From positions 288,001-352,000 of the forward strand of contig OZ244960.1 in assembly GCA_965222605.1 (NCBI GenBank): a DNA stretch of 64,000 nt, read 5' to 3'. A program made the position numbers and the translations under genes. Positions within the stretch are counted from its first letter, which is position 1. Each line of letters starts with the position of its first letter. The notes under the pieces were generated by a model, which did no database searches, was not told the DNA's origin, and worked only from the letters and a program-made list of their open reading frames with translations. This stretch comes from Candidatus Latescibacterota bacterium. GTDB lineage: Bacteria > Latescibacterota > UBA2968. Shown here piece after piece: positions 21,123 to 29,798 of this stretch.

Positions 21123-21249
21123 GCATAACAATTTGTGTGCTTAACACACTTGAAGGTGTGAAACGAAGAATGGGGGGGTTCATTCGTATTGTGCTCCTTA
21201 TCAACGAAGTATAGCGTCTCAGCTACTGCGTTACACCTGCTTATTATGT
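21123..21249 (-). other. Degenerate integron attC-like site
   Basis: ACATAAT immediately after the upstream stop codon and GTTATGC 127 bp later; inner arms only partly complementary. Confidence 0.35.
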
Positions 21250-21921
21250 CTATTTATCGACATGCTCAAGAATCATCTCTTCCGTGAATTCAATGGTAGT
21301 CTTAAGGTCGTTATCATCAAATTCATCCCACTGAGCGTGAGTAGCCTTGTTACGAACATCTGCAGCGACACGCGCCCTCTTCGCCTTAGTCGTCGAAAGG
21401 ACATTAGATTTAGCCAACAGGCTAATCAGTTCGTCGAGTTTCTCCCCACTTTCTGAAATGCTGTGCTTACGACATACTCGCCGCATAGTGTCTTCAAATA
21501 CAACTCCTGCGATCACCCCGGCTTCATTCTTACGCCCATTATTCATATATGATTTGGCATGATCCAAGAAGTCATCAAAGACCTCCGCCCGTACCTGATC
21601 TGCCACAGACGACAATAGTCCAGACTGGCTGTCCCTGATGAGATTCACGAGAATCGCGGCGACCTCTCCGACTGCGTTATCAATTGCGTTTCCGTGATCT
21701 GCCTCTGCAATCTTTTCGACACTCTTTCGATACCCCGCCTCTGAATTTGGGAGTACTATCTGGACTATGTTTACTGCTGCGGCGAGCCAGCCGCGACACT
21801 TCTGAGCTTGTGCATCCCAATGCCTCTCATCGTAATCATCGTCCTCATCGTATTGGCTTAATACTGAGGCCTCTACAACCAACTCATTGAGTCTTGCGAC
21901 GATTGATTCTTCAATAGACAT
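21250..21921 (-). CDS. DUF4145/HEPN-domain protein
   Basis: AGVIAGVVFEDTMRR...VRNKATHA (R-x4-H HEPN motif); GGAGG Shine-Dalgarno. Confidence 0.7.
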   Translation of the reverse strand: MSIEESIVARLNELVVEASVLSQYDEDDDYDERHWDAQAQKCRGWLAAAVNIVQIVLPNSEAGYRKSVEKIAEADHGNAIDNAVGEVAAILVNLIRDSQSGLLSSVADQVRAEVFDDFLDHAKSYMNNGRKNEAGVIAGVVFEDTMRRVCRKHSISESGEKLDELISLLAKSNVLSTTKAKRARVAADVRNKATHAQWDEFDDNDLKTTIEFTEEMILEHVDK

Positions 21922-21985
21922 CTCAGATACCTCCGGCCAAAAGGGTTTTATTTAGTGCATATGCTAATATATGTTGGTCAGTACA

Positions 21986-22741
21986 TCATCTTCTGAATTT
22001 TCTTTCTCCCCAAGCATGCATAACATCAGTTGGGGATATACTACTCTCAAGAAGTCCACAGATCGCAGATGACCATTTGACCGCGTCATAGGCAGTCTGA
22101 CGAAGAGCTGGCTTTGAACCATGGGTATCGCCCATAGTGCGACGAAGTACTTGGAGAGCCTGTGCTGCATGGTTAGATGCCTTCTTCATTTGGTCAATAA
22201 GTTCAGATGCATCGTCGGGTTTCATACCAATATCCACAAACTCCTGTTTCAGGTTCTCGAATACGCGCAACTGTCTGAAGGCAGTATTCACCTTGGTTTG
22301 GAATGAAGCGTGTCCCGGATTGCCCAGATTATGATTTTCATAAATAGCTTGCGTCACCAAGTCCACTGCACCGCAGGCCGATGTGATGGAACCACTGTAG
22401 TCACCTTCGATAAGCCGAGACATTGCTCGACCAATCTCAGTTGCAGCAGATGGTGGGATAAACTGGGCTTCCCTTGCATCGAGTTCCTGAACGGGGACGA
22501 AGTTGCCATCTATAAACTGATAACCATGACGGCCCAGAATATCTTTGGTACTGGCTTCCAATTCAGAATTGTGCTCTATAAGCCGCTCAGCCAGAATACG
22601 TAATGCTGTCTCTTGAGCAGATTCGCTCATCTGTCCAAACAACCGATCCACGGCTGGCATCACCTCGGCTCTACTCCCAAGACCGCTACGTGCTTCGGCT
22701 TTGGCTGTGATCTGAGAGACATCAAACCCTGCTGCAGCGGT
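21986..22741 (-). pseudogene. Abortive-infection family (Abi_C-like) protein, N-terminus removed by IS256
   Basis: GDYSGSITSAC...LRRTMGDTHG matches the R-x3-GDxHG motif; the frame runs into the IS end at 22742. Confidence 0.65.
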
Positions 22742-24202
22742 CAAGTCCTATTTTTAGTTGAAATAATCGAGGCCGGTGGTTTCAATCAGCAGCAAGCGCG
22801 TCTTGCCAGTCCGTATCTATCTTCAAGTCCTTTTGAAGCGCGCGCCTGAGCGTGGGCAGGCTTCGGAAGCCTTTAACCCTTCGCAAGCGCGGTTCAATAT
22901 CCAACAGCGCAGTGGCCAACCAGCGTGTGCGTTGATTCGAGTTTGTCCATCGCTTCACATGAACGTGTCTGGAAAGCGACACGTTGTACACCATCCCTGG
23001 TGATTTGTGCCACCATTGAGTTAAGGGACTCAATGCAGTTGGTAGTACGAAAGGACTGCTTCAACTGCGGCATGAGTCCCAAGCGATGTAAGCTCAGGGT
23101 TTCTTCAAGACCTTCTTCAAGGCTTTTTGTCGCGTCTTCGTTGATCAAAGTCAATTCAGGTTTAAGGGCATCAAGAGCAGCTTTAGCTTCCCGATAGGTG
23201 GGCAGATCGTAGGCATTTTGGAGGGCCTTTTTGATCTCATCTTGTTTGCCTTTGGGCAGATAGGAAGTGACGTTCTCGCGTTTGTGCCACTCTTTACGTT
23301 GAATAACCACATAGCCAGAAAGTGCCTTTGTAAGGGCAGCATACAAGCCTTTCGAGCCGTCAATAAGACACAGCAGGCCCTTGTGATAGACCAGATCACG
23401 CTTTAGGAGAGACCGTATAAACTGCCGACAGACGCGCTCGTTCTCGGTGGCGGCCTGGATAAAGCCGAGTGGGATTTTGTCTCCTTTTATGGTCACGCCA
23501 AGGGCAATGATCATCTCCTCGTCTGCAAAGGTCTTGCCATCTATAAACAGGGCGACGAGGTCATACTGTGCTAAAGACCGATTTTGAAACTGCTTCAACT
23601 TTTGTGCCGACGCCTTGATAAAGCGTCTCGATACGGTAGATGAGGAGAGCCCAAAGGCTTCGGGTATCGCCTCAGCACAGGCTTGATAAGCGCGTGTGGC
23701 AATGCCTTTTATCATACGAAGGAGCAGCCCTTCATCCATATGTCGGGGACGCTGAAGATGATGATAGGTCTGTAAGGAGACTTCCTCCTCGGTCACGACA
23801 TTACGTACCCTGGGAACAGGTATGGGCACTTTCTGATCGCTTAGATACACCGAGCCTTGTTGACTGCCCCACCGACGATTGGGGTTTTGGGTGTCTTTGC
23901 GTGTGTATCTGTGACCTGCCAAGCGGGTCACTTCTTCTTGCAATTCTTCTGCCACGGCGTCTAATCCGAGTGGAATCAAGGCCTGGATCAACGCGATGCG
24001 TGTATCCCGTGCGCCCAGTTCTTCTTCAAGGGGGGTCTCTGGCGTTGCATCGTCTTTGTGGATGGCCTTGACTTTGGGGGCGTTGTGCGATACTTTTTTC
24101 ATCACGGGCTCCTTTGGTTGAGGACACAGCGTTTTCTGCGGTGAATTTGCTGTATCCAATTTACATTGGAGCCTCTACTATTTCAACTAAGATAGGCACA
24201 TC
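22742..24202 (-). mobile_element. IS256-family insertion sequence (inactive)
   Basis: Imperfect terminal inverted repeats CAAGTCCTATTTTTAGTTGAAATA / TATTTCAACTAAGATAGGCACATC; no target-site duplication. Confidence 0.88.
22782..24102 (-). pseudogene. IS256 transposase, frameshifted near the C-terminus
   Basis: VPRVR, LFIDG, LIDGSKGL, TTNCIESLN; the C-terminus VKRWTNSNQRTRW...RRVKGFR is in another frame after a 34-bp insertion at 22962-22995. Confidence 0.88.
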
Positions 24203-24330
24203 GTCTGTTTTTCTGCACCATCGTCAATAGAAAAATCGTGATGTTGCACAGCTTCGTCAAGAAGTCTCAAAAAACCCCTAAAAGAGACCTCAATATTGCC
24301 ATCCAAAGAATGAGGGAAATCAAACAATGA
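24202..24330 (+). pseudogene. C-terminal remnant of a RelE/HigB (Gp49-like) toxin
   Basis: Manual translation RLFFCTIVNRKIVMLHSFVKKSQKTPKRDLNIAIQRMREIKQ*; ATGA overlap with the HTH gene; 5' half replaced by the IS. Confidence 0.8.
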
Positions 24331-24620
24331 TGACACACAAAGAACTAAAAATGAAGGCACTCGCAGACCCTGAAACCAGAGCCGAGTATGAAGCTCAAAA
24401 ACCTGAGTTTGAGTTGCTCGACAAGCTGTTAGAAGCCCGAAAACGCGCTGGTTTGACGCAGGATCAGGTCGCCGAGAAGATGGGCACCAAAGCAACGGCG
24501 ATCACCCGCTTAGAGTCTGCGAATAGCAATCACTCGCCATCTGTTCACACGCTGCAAAAATTCGCCAAAGCTGTCGGATGTCAGCTCAAAATCGAACTGA
24601 TTCCCCAGAGTACGCGATAA
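24327..24620 (+). CDS. XRE-family HTH antitoxin (HigA-like)
   Basis: ARKRAGLTQDQVAEKMGTKATAITRLES...PSVHTLQKFAKAVG. Confidence 0.88.
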   Translation: MMTHKELKMKALADPETRAEYEAQKPEFELLDKLLEARKRAGLTQDQVAEKMGTKATAITRLESANSNHSPSVHTLQKFAKAVGCQLKIELIPQSTR

Positions 24621-24698
24621 GCGGTTTACAACTGCACACGCGCAGCACAACGTCAGTATAGCAGTTCAATATGGCCTTTGGTGTCGTTCCGTGAGATT

Positions 24699-25073
24699 CT
24701 ACCACACAGCGTGCTTAAAGTGGGTTAAAATTGTTTGATCTTTGGTTACGAGTATATTGTCGTTCAATGCCGCCTGCGCCACGATGATGCGATCAAAGGG
24801 ATCGCGTGTCCATGAATACTGTTGGGCACACTGGACAATTTGAAAGAAATTTTTATCACACACGTTCAGCCCTATTGCCTCTGATAACGCGGAAATAACC
24901 GTTTGTGGTCTTGGGGTGATGCGTTTGATCTCGAACAGATATTGCAATTCTAAACTGGCTATTGGCGAGATATAGATGTCGTTGTCATTGATGCAATATC
25001 TGGCCTTTTCGCTCAATTTCTCGGTTTGACCAGCATATAACCACACCACAACATGGGTATCAAGGTAGATCAA
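24699..25073 (-). CDS. vapC: VapC PIN-domain toxin
   Basis: YLDTHVVVW...SPIASLEL...DPFDRIIVAQA...LVTKD. Confidence 0.9.
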   Translation of the reverse strand: MIYLDTHVVVWLYAGQTEKLSEKARYCINDNDIYISPIASLELQYLFEIKRITPRPQTVISALSEAIGLNVCDKNFFQIVQCAQQYSWTRDPFDRIIVAQAALNDNILVTKDQTILTHFKHAVW

Positions 25074-25296
25074 GATTCACCTCCTTGTCCCAGGTGATGT
25101 GGACCAGATCCTCGGGATCGCCTTTAATCACATGCTTCCTTCTTCGCAAGTTCTGAAGTTTGTCTATACTTTCGATCGGGGCGATAATGAGTTTTCGATC
25201 TCCTTTATTGATTTTCACGGGAACCCCCGTATTCAAGATCTCATCCAATATCTGGTAGATATTCCCCCGCAATTCGGTTGGCGTGATTGTTTTCAT
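25060..25296 (-). CDS. Phd/YefM-family antitoxin
   Basis: MKTITPTELRGNIYQILDEILNTGVPVKI; overlaps the vapC start. Confidence 0.85.
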   Translation of the reverse strand: MKTITPTELRGNIYQILDEILNTGVPVKINKGDRKLIIAPIESIDKLQNLRRRKHVIKGDPEDLVHITWDKEVNLDLP

Positions 25297-25345
25297 GTCA
25301 ATTCCCCCATGCAAATAGACCGCTTCACGACAGGCTGTGAAAGTC

Positions 25346-25391
25346 AAAATAAACAAAAAAACGTACGTGTCAAGATTTAACACGTACGTTT
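25346..25391 (-). promoter_or_regulatory. TA promoter with a palindromic operator
   Basis: TTGACA-N16-TATTTT overlapped by the inverted repeat AAACGTACGTGT-N9-ACACGTACGTTT. Confidence 0.7.
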
Positions 25392-25472
25392 TGGGCTGAG
25401 TGCTCGGTTGCCCCGTATTTCAAAACATATCTCGCATTGCGTGCCAATCACAAGCCAACCAACAAAATCCCT

Positions 25473-25487
25473 TGTCAGAATCAGGAT
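25473..25487 (+). repeat. Solo left end of the MITE-like element
   Basis: CCCTTGTCAGAATCAGGATG (25469-25488) is identical to 18817-18836. Confidence 0.75.
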
Positions 25488-25604
25488 GCTCATTTTTCCA
25501 GTTAAACTCAGCTTGGTCACGACAATAGCGACATCCGAACCAGACGTTCGACCTTCTACGAGATATTTCCACTCGCCTGTTCGATAGTCTTTCTGCCTTT
25601 CGAC
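25488..25604 (-). pseudogene. DUF4258-like toxin remnant
   Basis: VERQKDYRTGEWKYLVEGRT...VVTKLSLTGK; lacks an N-terminus and is cut at the repeat end. Confidence 0.55.
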
Positions 25605-25625
25605 ACCAGAAAAATTTAGCACCGC

Positions 25626-26261
25626 TCAATAAGCCACGCCCGCTGGCTCATCCCACGACTGCTCTATGACGATTTGTCTCAATACGCCTTCCATAGGCAC
25701 CAACACAGCATTCACCGCTGAGACTGCCGGATTCAAGATGCCATCCTGATATGACGGGTGTCCCATTTTGACCATCTCGCGCTTCAAACTCCCCTTGCTC
25801 ACTCTCAACCGCGTGGACCGAGGTGACTTCGCCTTCAATATCTCAAGGGCTGCATCTGCCAGACCGATGCACAGGTCTTGCAGGTGTGCTTCATTCATTA
25901 CCTCCCCCCAACGGGGTGAATCGAGCAGGTCCTCATACACCGAGTTCGCAATTATGTACCGGAACCAATTCTCCCATGTCCGCTCCGCAGTCGTAATCCA
26001 GAACCGAGACTCGGGAATCTCGTCCGCTTCAGAATGGTACTCATCTTCCTCAGACTCACCAGATATACCGGAACGCAAGAGGGTATGCCAAATGATCCCG
26101 GTTACGAGGCCAGCAATCATAGATAGCAGGGCACCCTCGAACAGAGAGAAGGGTAGGAAAAGCGTCAAGAGCCAGCCGATCAGAAGAAAAATGCCGAGGA
26201 CAAGGGCAAGACTGATAATAATCAGGACAACCGTCAGAAGACCTGGAAGAATGGCACCCAT
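25626..26261 (-). CDS. Hypothetical membrane protein (2 N-terminal TM helices)
   Basis: 211-aa ORF with AAGGA Shine-Dalgarno and a hydrophobic N-terminus. Confidence 0.6.
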   Translation of the reverse strand: MGAILPGLLTVVLIIISLALVLGIFLLIGWLLTLFLPFSLFEGALLSMIAGLVTGIIWHTLLRSGISGESEEDEYHSEADEIPESRFWITTAERTWENWFRYIIANSVYEDLLDSPRWGEVMNEAHLQDLCIGLADAALEILKAKSPRSTRLRVSKGSLKREMVKMGHPSYQDGILNPAVSAVNAVLVPMEGVLRQIVIEQSWDEPAGVAY

Positions 26262-26324
26262 AACTCTATATCCTTCACCAAAACGTGTTCTACGTCAAAA
26301 ATGGTTAGAAAGATTATCTCCATC

Positions 26325-27083
26325 TCAAATCCGCTCCAACGCCTGCGCCTCTATCCAGCCGCCCAGGCCCGAGTGCAGGCGCACCAGCAACCACCCGCCT
26401 TCAACGCGCTCAATCTCGACCTTGGTGCCTTCGTGGAGCGTGAACACCTGTAAAAAATCGGGGCCAGGTCCGCTGCGGCCAATGGCCTCATCCACCAAAA
26501 TGATAGCTTTGGAAATGCTGTGTTGATGCGCCTTAAACGCCAGCATAGCCGCACTGCCCAAAAATCCGCCCACAAAAACCACCAGCAACCCCCCCCACAG
26601 CAAGCGACGGACGGGCAAATAAATCCAACACACCACCACACCGCCCACACAAAAAACAAACACACAAACCATAACTGCCAGCGCGTCGAGAGTAAAAAAT
26701 GCAAAAACCGATTGCAAAACCCGCGTCAAAATATTGACCTCATCTTCGCTTTCTCGATCTATCTTTTGGGCATTGGCAAATTGCAAATTCCCCAGAACAT
26801 CCCGATCGTCCGGCATCAAATTCAACGCGCGTTCATAAGATAAAATCGCACGCCCGAGCTGCGCGTTTTTGAAATACGCATTGCCCAGATTATAATACAC
26901 CTCACCGTTGTTCAGCCCCTGTGCGATAACGCGCTCATAAGCCGAAATCGCCGCATCAAAATCCCCTGCGCGATAGTGTTCATTGCCCCGATTGTACAGC
27001 GCGACGAGAGCTTCTGAGGCGAATACTGCATCCACGCCAAGTATCGCAACCGCGACAATGGGGTATAACAGCCGTTTGATCAT
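26325..27083 (-). CDS. batE: BatE-like TPR + TM + SH3 protein
   Basis: YYNLGNAYFK...GRAILSYERAL TPR; RSGPG...LHEGTKV...GWI SH3b domain. Confidence 0.85.
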   Translation of the reverse strand: MIKRLLYPIVAVAILGVDAVFASEALVALYNRGNEHYRAGDFDAAISAYERVIAQGLNNGEVYYNLGNAYFKNAQLGRAILSYERALNLMPDDRDVLGNLQFANAQKIDRESEDEVNILTRVLQSVFAFFTLDALAVMVCVFVFCVGGVVVCWIYLPVRRLLWGGLLVVFVGGFLGSAAMLAFKAHQHSISKAIILVDEAIGRSGPGPDFLQVFTLHEGTKVEIERVEGGWLLVRLHSGLGGWIEAQALERI

Positions 27084-27092
27084 CACCCCAAC

Positions 27093-27119
27093 GGGCGGGC
27101 ACAGGGGCACCGCCCCTAC
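27093..27119 (-). repeat. GTAG-family REP palindrome
   Basis: Minus strand GTAGGGGCGGTGCCCCTGTGCCCGCCC in the batD-batE spacer. Confidence 0.65.
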
Positions 27120-27167
27120 ATTGTACAGCCGCGATAGCTGATCAATCAACACCCTCATAACTTTGCC

Positions 27168-29015
27168 TTAAATACACCGCTCCAGCGCACCGATCAAATC
27201 TTCGGTCTGCGCGAACAACGCCTGCATCTGCTCTTCCGAAATCTGCCCTGGCGCAAACCGCGCCTGATCGCATTGACCAAATACGTCTTGAACGCCTACA
27301 ATCACCTGTGCATCTACACCGTAATCCACCAGCACAGCACCAATATGATCCGCCGTCAAACCCGCCGCCGCGAGATTGATTCGATCTGCGACAAACTGCG
27401 ACAAAGACCTGTGAACTTCACCGTGAAAACCCGCGCTATCGCCCGCCTCCATTAACCCTTTGGCCTTGCCCAAACGCCGCTGTGCTTCCGAGCGCGAACG
27501 CCTTCTGCGCGCATAGGCCACATCGCCTTCTAAACGCACGCGATGACGCCGATAAGCATAAGCACCAGCCACCCCCAAAACAGGAACCAACTGCAAAAGC
27601 CAAAACCCACTGCGCTGATAGAGCAACAAGCTCTGATCTCCTAAATGGATTCGGTCGGGCTTGATATACCGAATATCGCTCCCCAGCGCACGCACTTCTT
27701 CGCCCCTCAAACCGTCAACCGGATGTGGTGCCAGTTCACCCGGCGTCACGTGCAACGCAATAGGTTTGGTCTGCACGGTTTTATACCTCCCCTGCCCAGG
27801 ATCAAAATAGGCCAGTGTAAAAGGCGGCAATATCACCTGCCCTGCTTTTTGAGGAATCGCCACATACTCAAAAGTTTTTTGTCCACTTATGCGCGTGCCT
27901 TGCTTTCGTGTTTCCAAATTCGTCTTGGGATCGTAAAACTTAAAACCCGACCGCTCAGGGCGAGTAGGTTCTGCAATCGCATGCAAATTTCCCTCACCCT
28001 GCACCACCACCTTCACAGCAACGGGATCGCCGGCTTTCACCGTACCTGGAATCGCCTCTGCGCGCATCTCAAATTGTCCAACAGCACCGCCAAAACCCTT
28101 CGGTGCACCAGCAGGCAATGGTTTCACCTCAATTTCAATCTCTCCCGACCGCACCGTTACCTGCTGCGTATCAAACGCACCAAATGGATCAAAACCGAAC
28201 AGACTGCGCGACCGCCGCCCCGCAACAATTTCGCAATTCACCTCGAGTTGCTCCAGAGCGTGCTTGCCCGCGGTTGTCGGAAACAGTGCCAAACGCTTGA
28301 GCAACGCCGTATTAAACGCGCGCCCATCGACGACCTCCCGCTGCATATTCAAACGCTGGGCATCAAAAACAGTCTCTGCCCAAAACCCCGTAAATGTCGG
28401 CACATGGCCGTATTGCACATTTCGCAAATCATAGCGCGTAAACAATTTATAGGTCACGTCCATCTGTTCACCCACATAAACCACTCGCTTTTCGGGAATC
28501 GCCTGCAAAAACAAATTTTGTTCAATCTCTCGAATCTCTGATCGTCCCATTGACCGCCCTGTTGATGGCGCAGGGCGCGTCTGCGGGCGACCACTCCTTT
28601 TCACCACCTCAACGCGCACCTGATCGGACCGAATCGTCTTACCTTCATGGGTCAACTGTGCCGGACCGAGCACATAAGTACCCGCTCGCTGTGCGCGAAA
28701 AGAGAAAACATACGCCGTCGTGCGCTTTGTTGTCATCGCGCCATTGACAATATTGACGGACATCGACGTAGAGGACGTACTCCCCGTCAATTGCAACCCA
28801 TCCGGCGTGGGGACCTGAGGGGCAGATACACTCCCCATCTGCGCTGCCTCCACCTCCACAGTGAACTGAATCAGATCGCCAACTTCTACCCGAGTGCGAT
28901 CCACTGAAGCCTGCACCGTCACATCCTGTGCATCAGCCCCCTGTGCCCATAACAGACATATACAGATAGCAAGCAAAATACTGCACAAAAATATCCATAC
29001 TTCCCTACCACGCAT
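27168..29015 (-). CDS. batD: BatD family protein
   Basis: Signal peptide; VYVGEQ, PTFTGFW, GAVGQF, GEGNL, YFDP, DIRYIK; C-terminal TM and ARFAP. Confidence 0.9.
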   Translation of the reverse strand: MRGREVWIFLCSILLAICICLLWAQGADAQDVTVQASVDRTRVEVGDLIQFTVEVEAAQMGSVSAPQVPTPDGLQLTGSTSSTSMSVNIVNGAMTTKRTTAYVFSFRAQRAGTYVLGPAQLTHEGKTIRSDQVRVEVVKRSGRPQTRPAPSTGRSMGRSEIREIEQNLFLQAIPEKRVVYVGEQMDVTYKLFTRYDLRNVQYGHVPTFTGFWAETVFDAQRLNMQREVVDGRAFNTALLKRLALFPTTAGKHALEQLEVNCEIVAGRRSRSLFGFDPFGAFDTQQVTVRSGEIEIEVKPLPAGAPKGFGGAVGQFEMRAEAIPGTVKAGDPVAVKVVVQGEGNLHAIAEPTRPERSGFKFYDPKTNLETRKQGTRISGQKTFEYVAIPQKAGQVILPPFTLAYFDPGQGRYKTVQTKPIALHVTPGELAPHPVDGLRGEEVRALGSDIRYIKPDRIHLGDQSLLLYQRSGFWLLQLVPVLGVAGAYAYRRHRVRLEGDVAYARRRRSRSEAQRRLGKAKGLMEAGDSAGFHGEVHRSLSQFVADRINLAAAGLTADHIGAVLVDYGVDAQVIVGVQDVFGQCDQARFAPGQISEEQMQALFAQTEDLIGALERCI

Positions 29016-29781
29016 TGCCATCATATCTCCTGCCCCGCAACTTCAATTTGCGTCGCTTCTGGGATTCTTCCTCTCGCGCCTTCATCGCATTGAGAATCCG
29101 AGCCGCCTCCTCAGGCGTCATCTCTACAGGGTCGGGCTGCTGCCCCTGCTGTTGCTGTTGCTCATCTCGCTGATCCTGCCCATCCTGCTGATTCTGACCT
29201 TGCTGATTCTGTTGATCCTGCTCATCCTGATTCTGATTTTGACTTTGATCTTGCTTATCCTGCTGATCCTGTTGATCCTGTTGATCCTGTTGATCCTGTT
29301 GATCCTGCTGATCCTGCTGATCCTGCTGATCCTGCTGATCCTGCTGATCCTGCTGATCCTGATTTAGTTTTTCCAACGCCAATTCCAAATTAATTTTGGC
29401 GTCTATATCATCCGGCTTCAGTTCCAGTGATTTTTTATAAGCCCCCACAGCCTCCTGGAACTTCCCCTGCTGAAACAGGGCATTGCCCAAATTGTAATGG
29501 GTAGCAGCGGACATATCCGGATGTGTGCCTTCGGCGGCACGACCCATTTCCTGCATAGCCTCGGCATATTTGCCCTGCTTGTAGAGTGCATCGCCAGCAT
29601 TAAAATGCAACTCCGGTCGCGTCCGCCCCTCTTGTTGCGCTTCCAAATACCGACGCAATGCCGCTTCGTACTCCCCCTTCTCAAATAGCGCATTGCCCTC
29701 TTCATTCTTTTTTGCCACGGGATCGAGAAATGTCCATCCCAAAAATGGCAACACCAGCAAAACATATAAAAATCGCGTCAT
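29005..29781 (-). CDS. batC: BatC-like TPR protein with a Q/D-rich linker
   Basis: HYNLGNALFQ...YKKSLELKPDDIDAKINLELA; EAARILNAM...W C-terminus. Confidence 0.85.
   Translation of the reverse strand: MTRFLYVLLVLPFLGWTFLDPVAKKNEEGNALFEKGEYEAALRRYLEAQQEGRTRPELHFNAGDALYKQGKYAEAMQEMGRAAEGTHPDMSAATHYNLGNALFQQGKFQEAVGAYKKSLELKPDDIDAKINLELALEKLNQDQQDQQDQQDQQDQQDQQDQQDQQDQQDQQDQQDKQDQSQNQNQDEQDQQNQQGQNQQDGQDQRDEQQQQQGQQPDPVEMTPEEAARILNAMKAREEESQKRRKLKLRGRRYDGNAW
29260..29358 (-). repeat. 9-bp tandem repeat x11 (GATCARCAG, encoding DQQ)
   Basis: 11 contiguous CTGYTGATC units inside batC. Confidence 0.95.
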
Positions 29782-29798
29782 AATCTCACGTCCATAAT

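Noticed and set aside
22782-23033. Separate 83-aa gene or programmed frameshift in IS256
   Set aside because: It is the transposase C-terminus displaced by the 34-bp insertion; IS256 transposases are single ORFs and no slippery site is evident.
17362-26261. Prophage or integrative element
   Set aside because: No integrase, phage structural or conjugation genes, and no att repeats at the island edges.
29222-29236. ATCCTGATTCTGA matching the MITE-like terminal repeat inside batC
   Set aside because: Explained by Gln-Asn-Gln-Asp codons in a low-complexity linker; no partner end and no frame disruption.
29260-29358. Possible CRISPR array (also considered for 18821-19046)
   Set aside because: Contiguous 9-18-bp units without unique spacers, and no cas genes in the window.
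28894-29367. Plus-strand ORF with a long LIL poly-hydrophobic tail
   Set aside because: It is the antisense reading of the DQQ repeat in batC.
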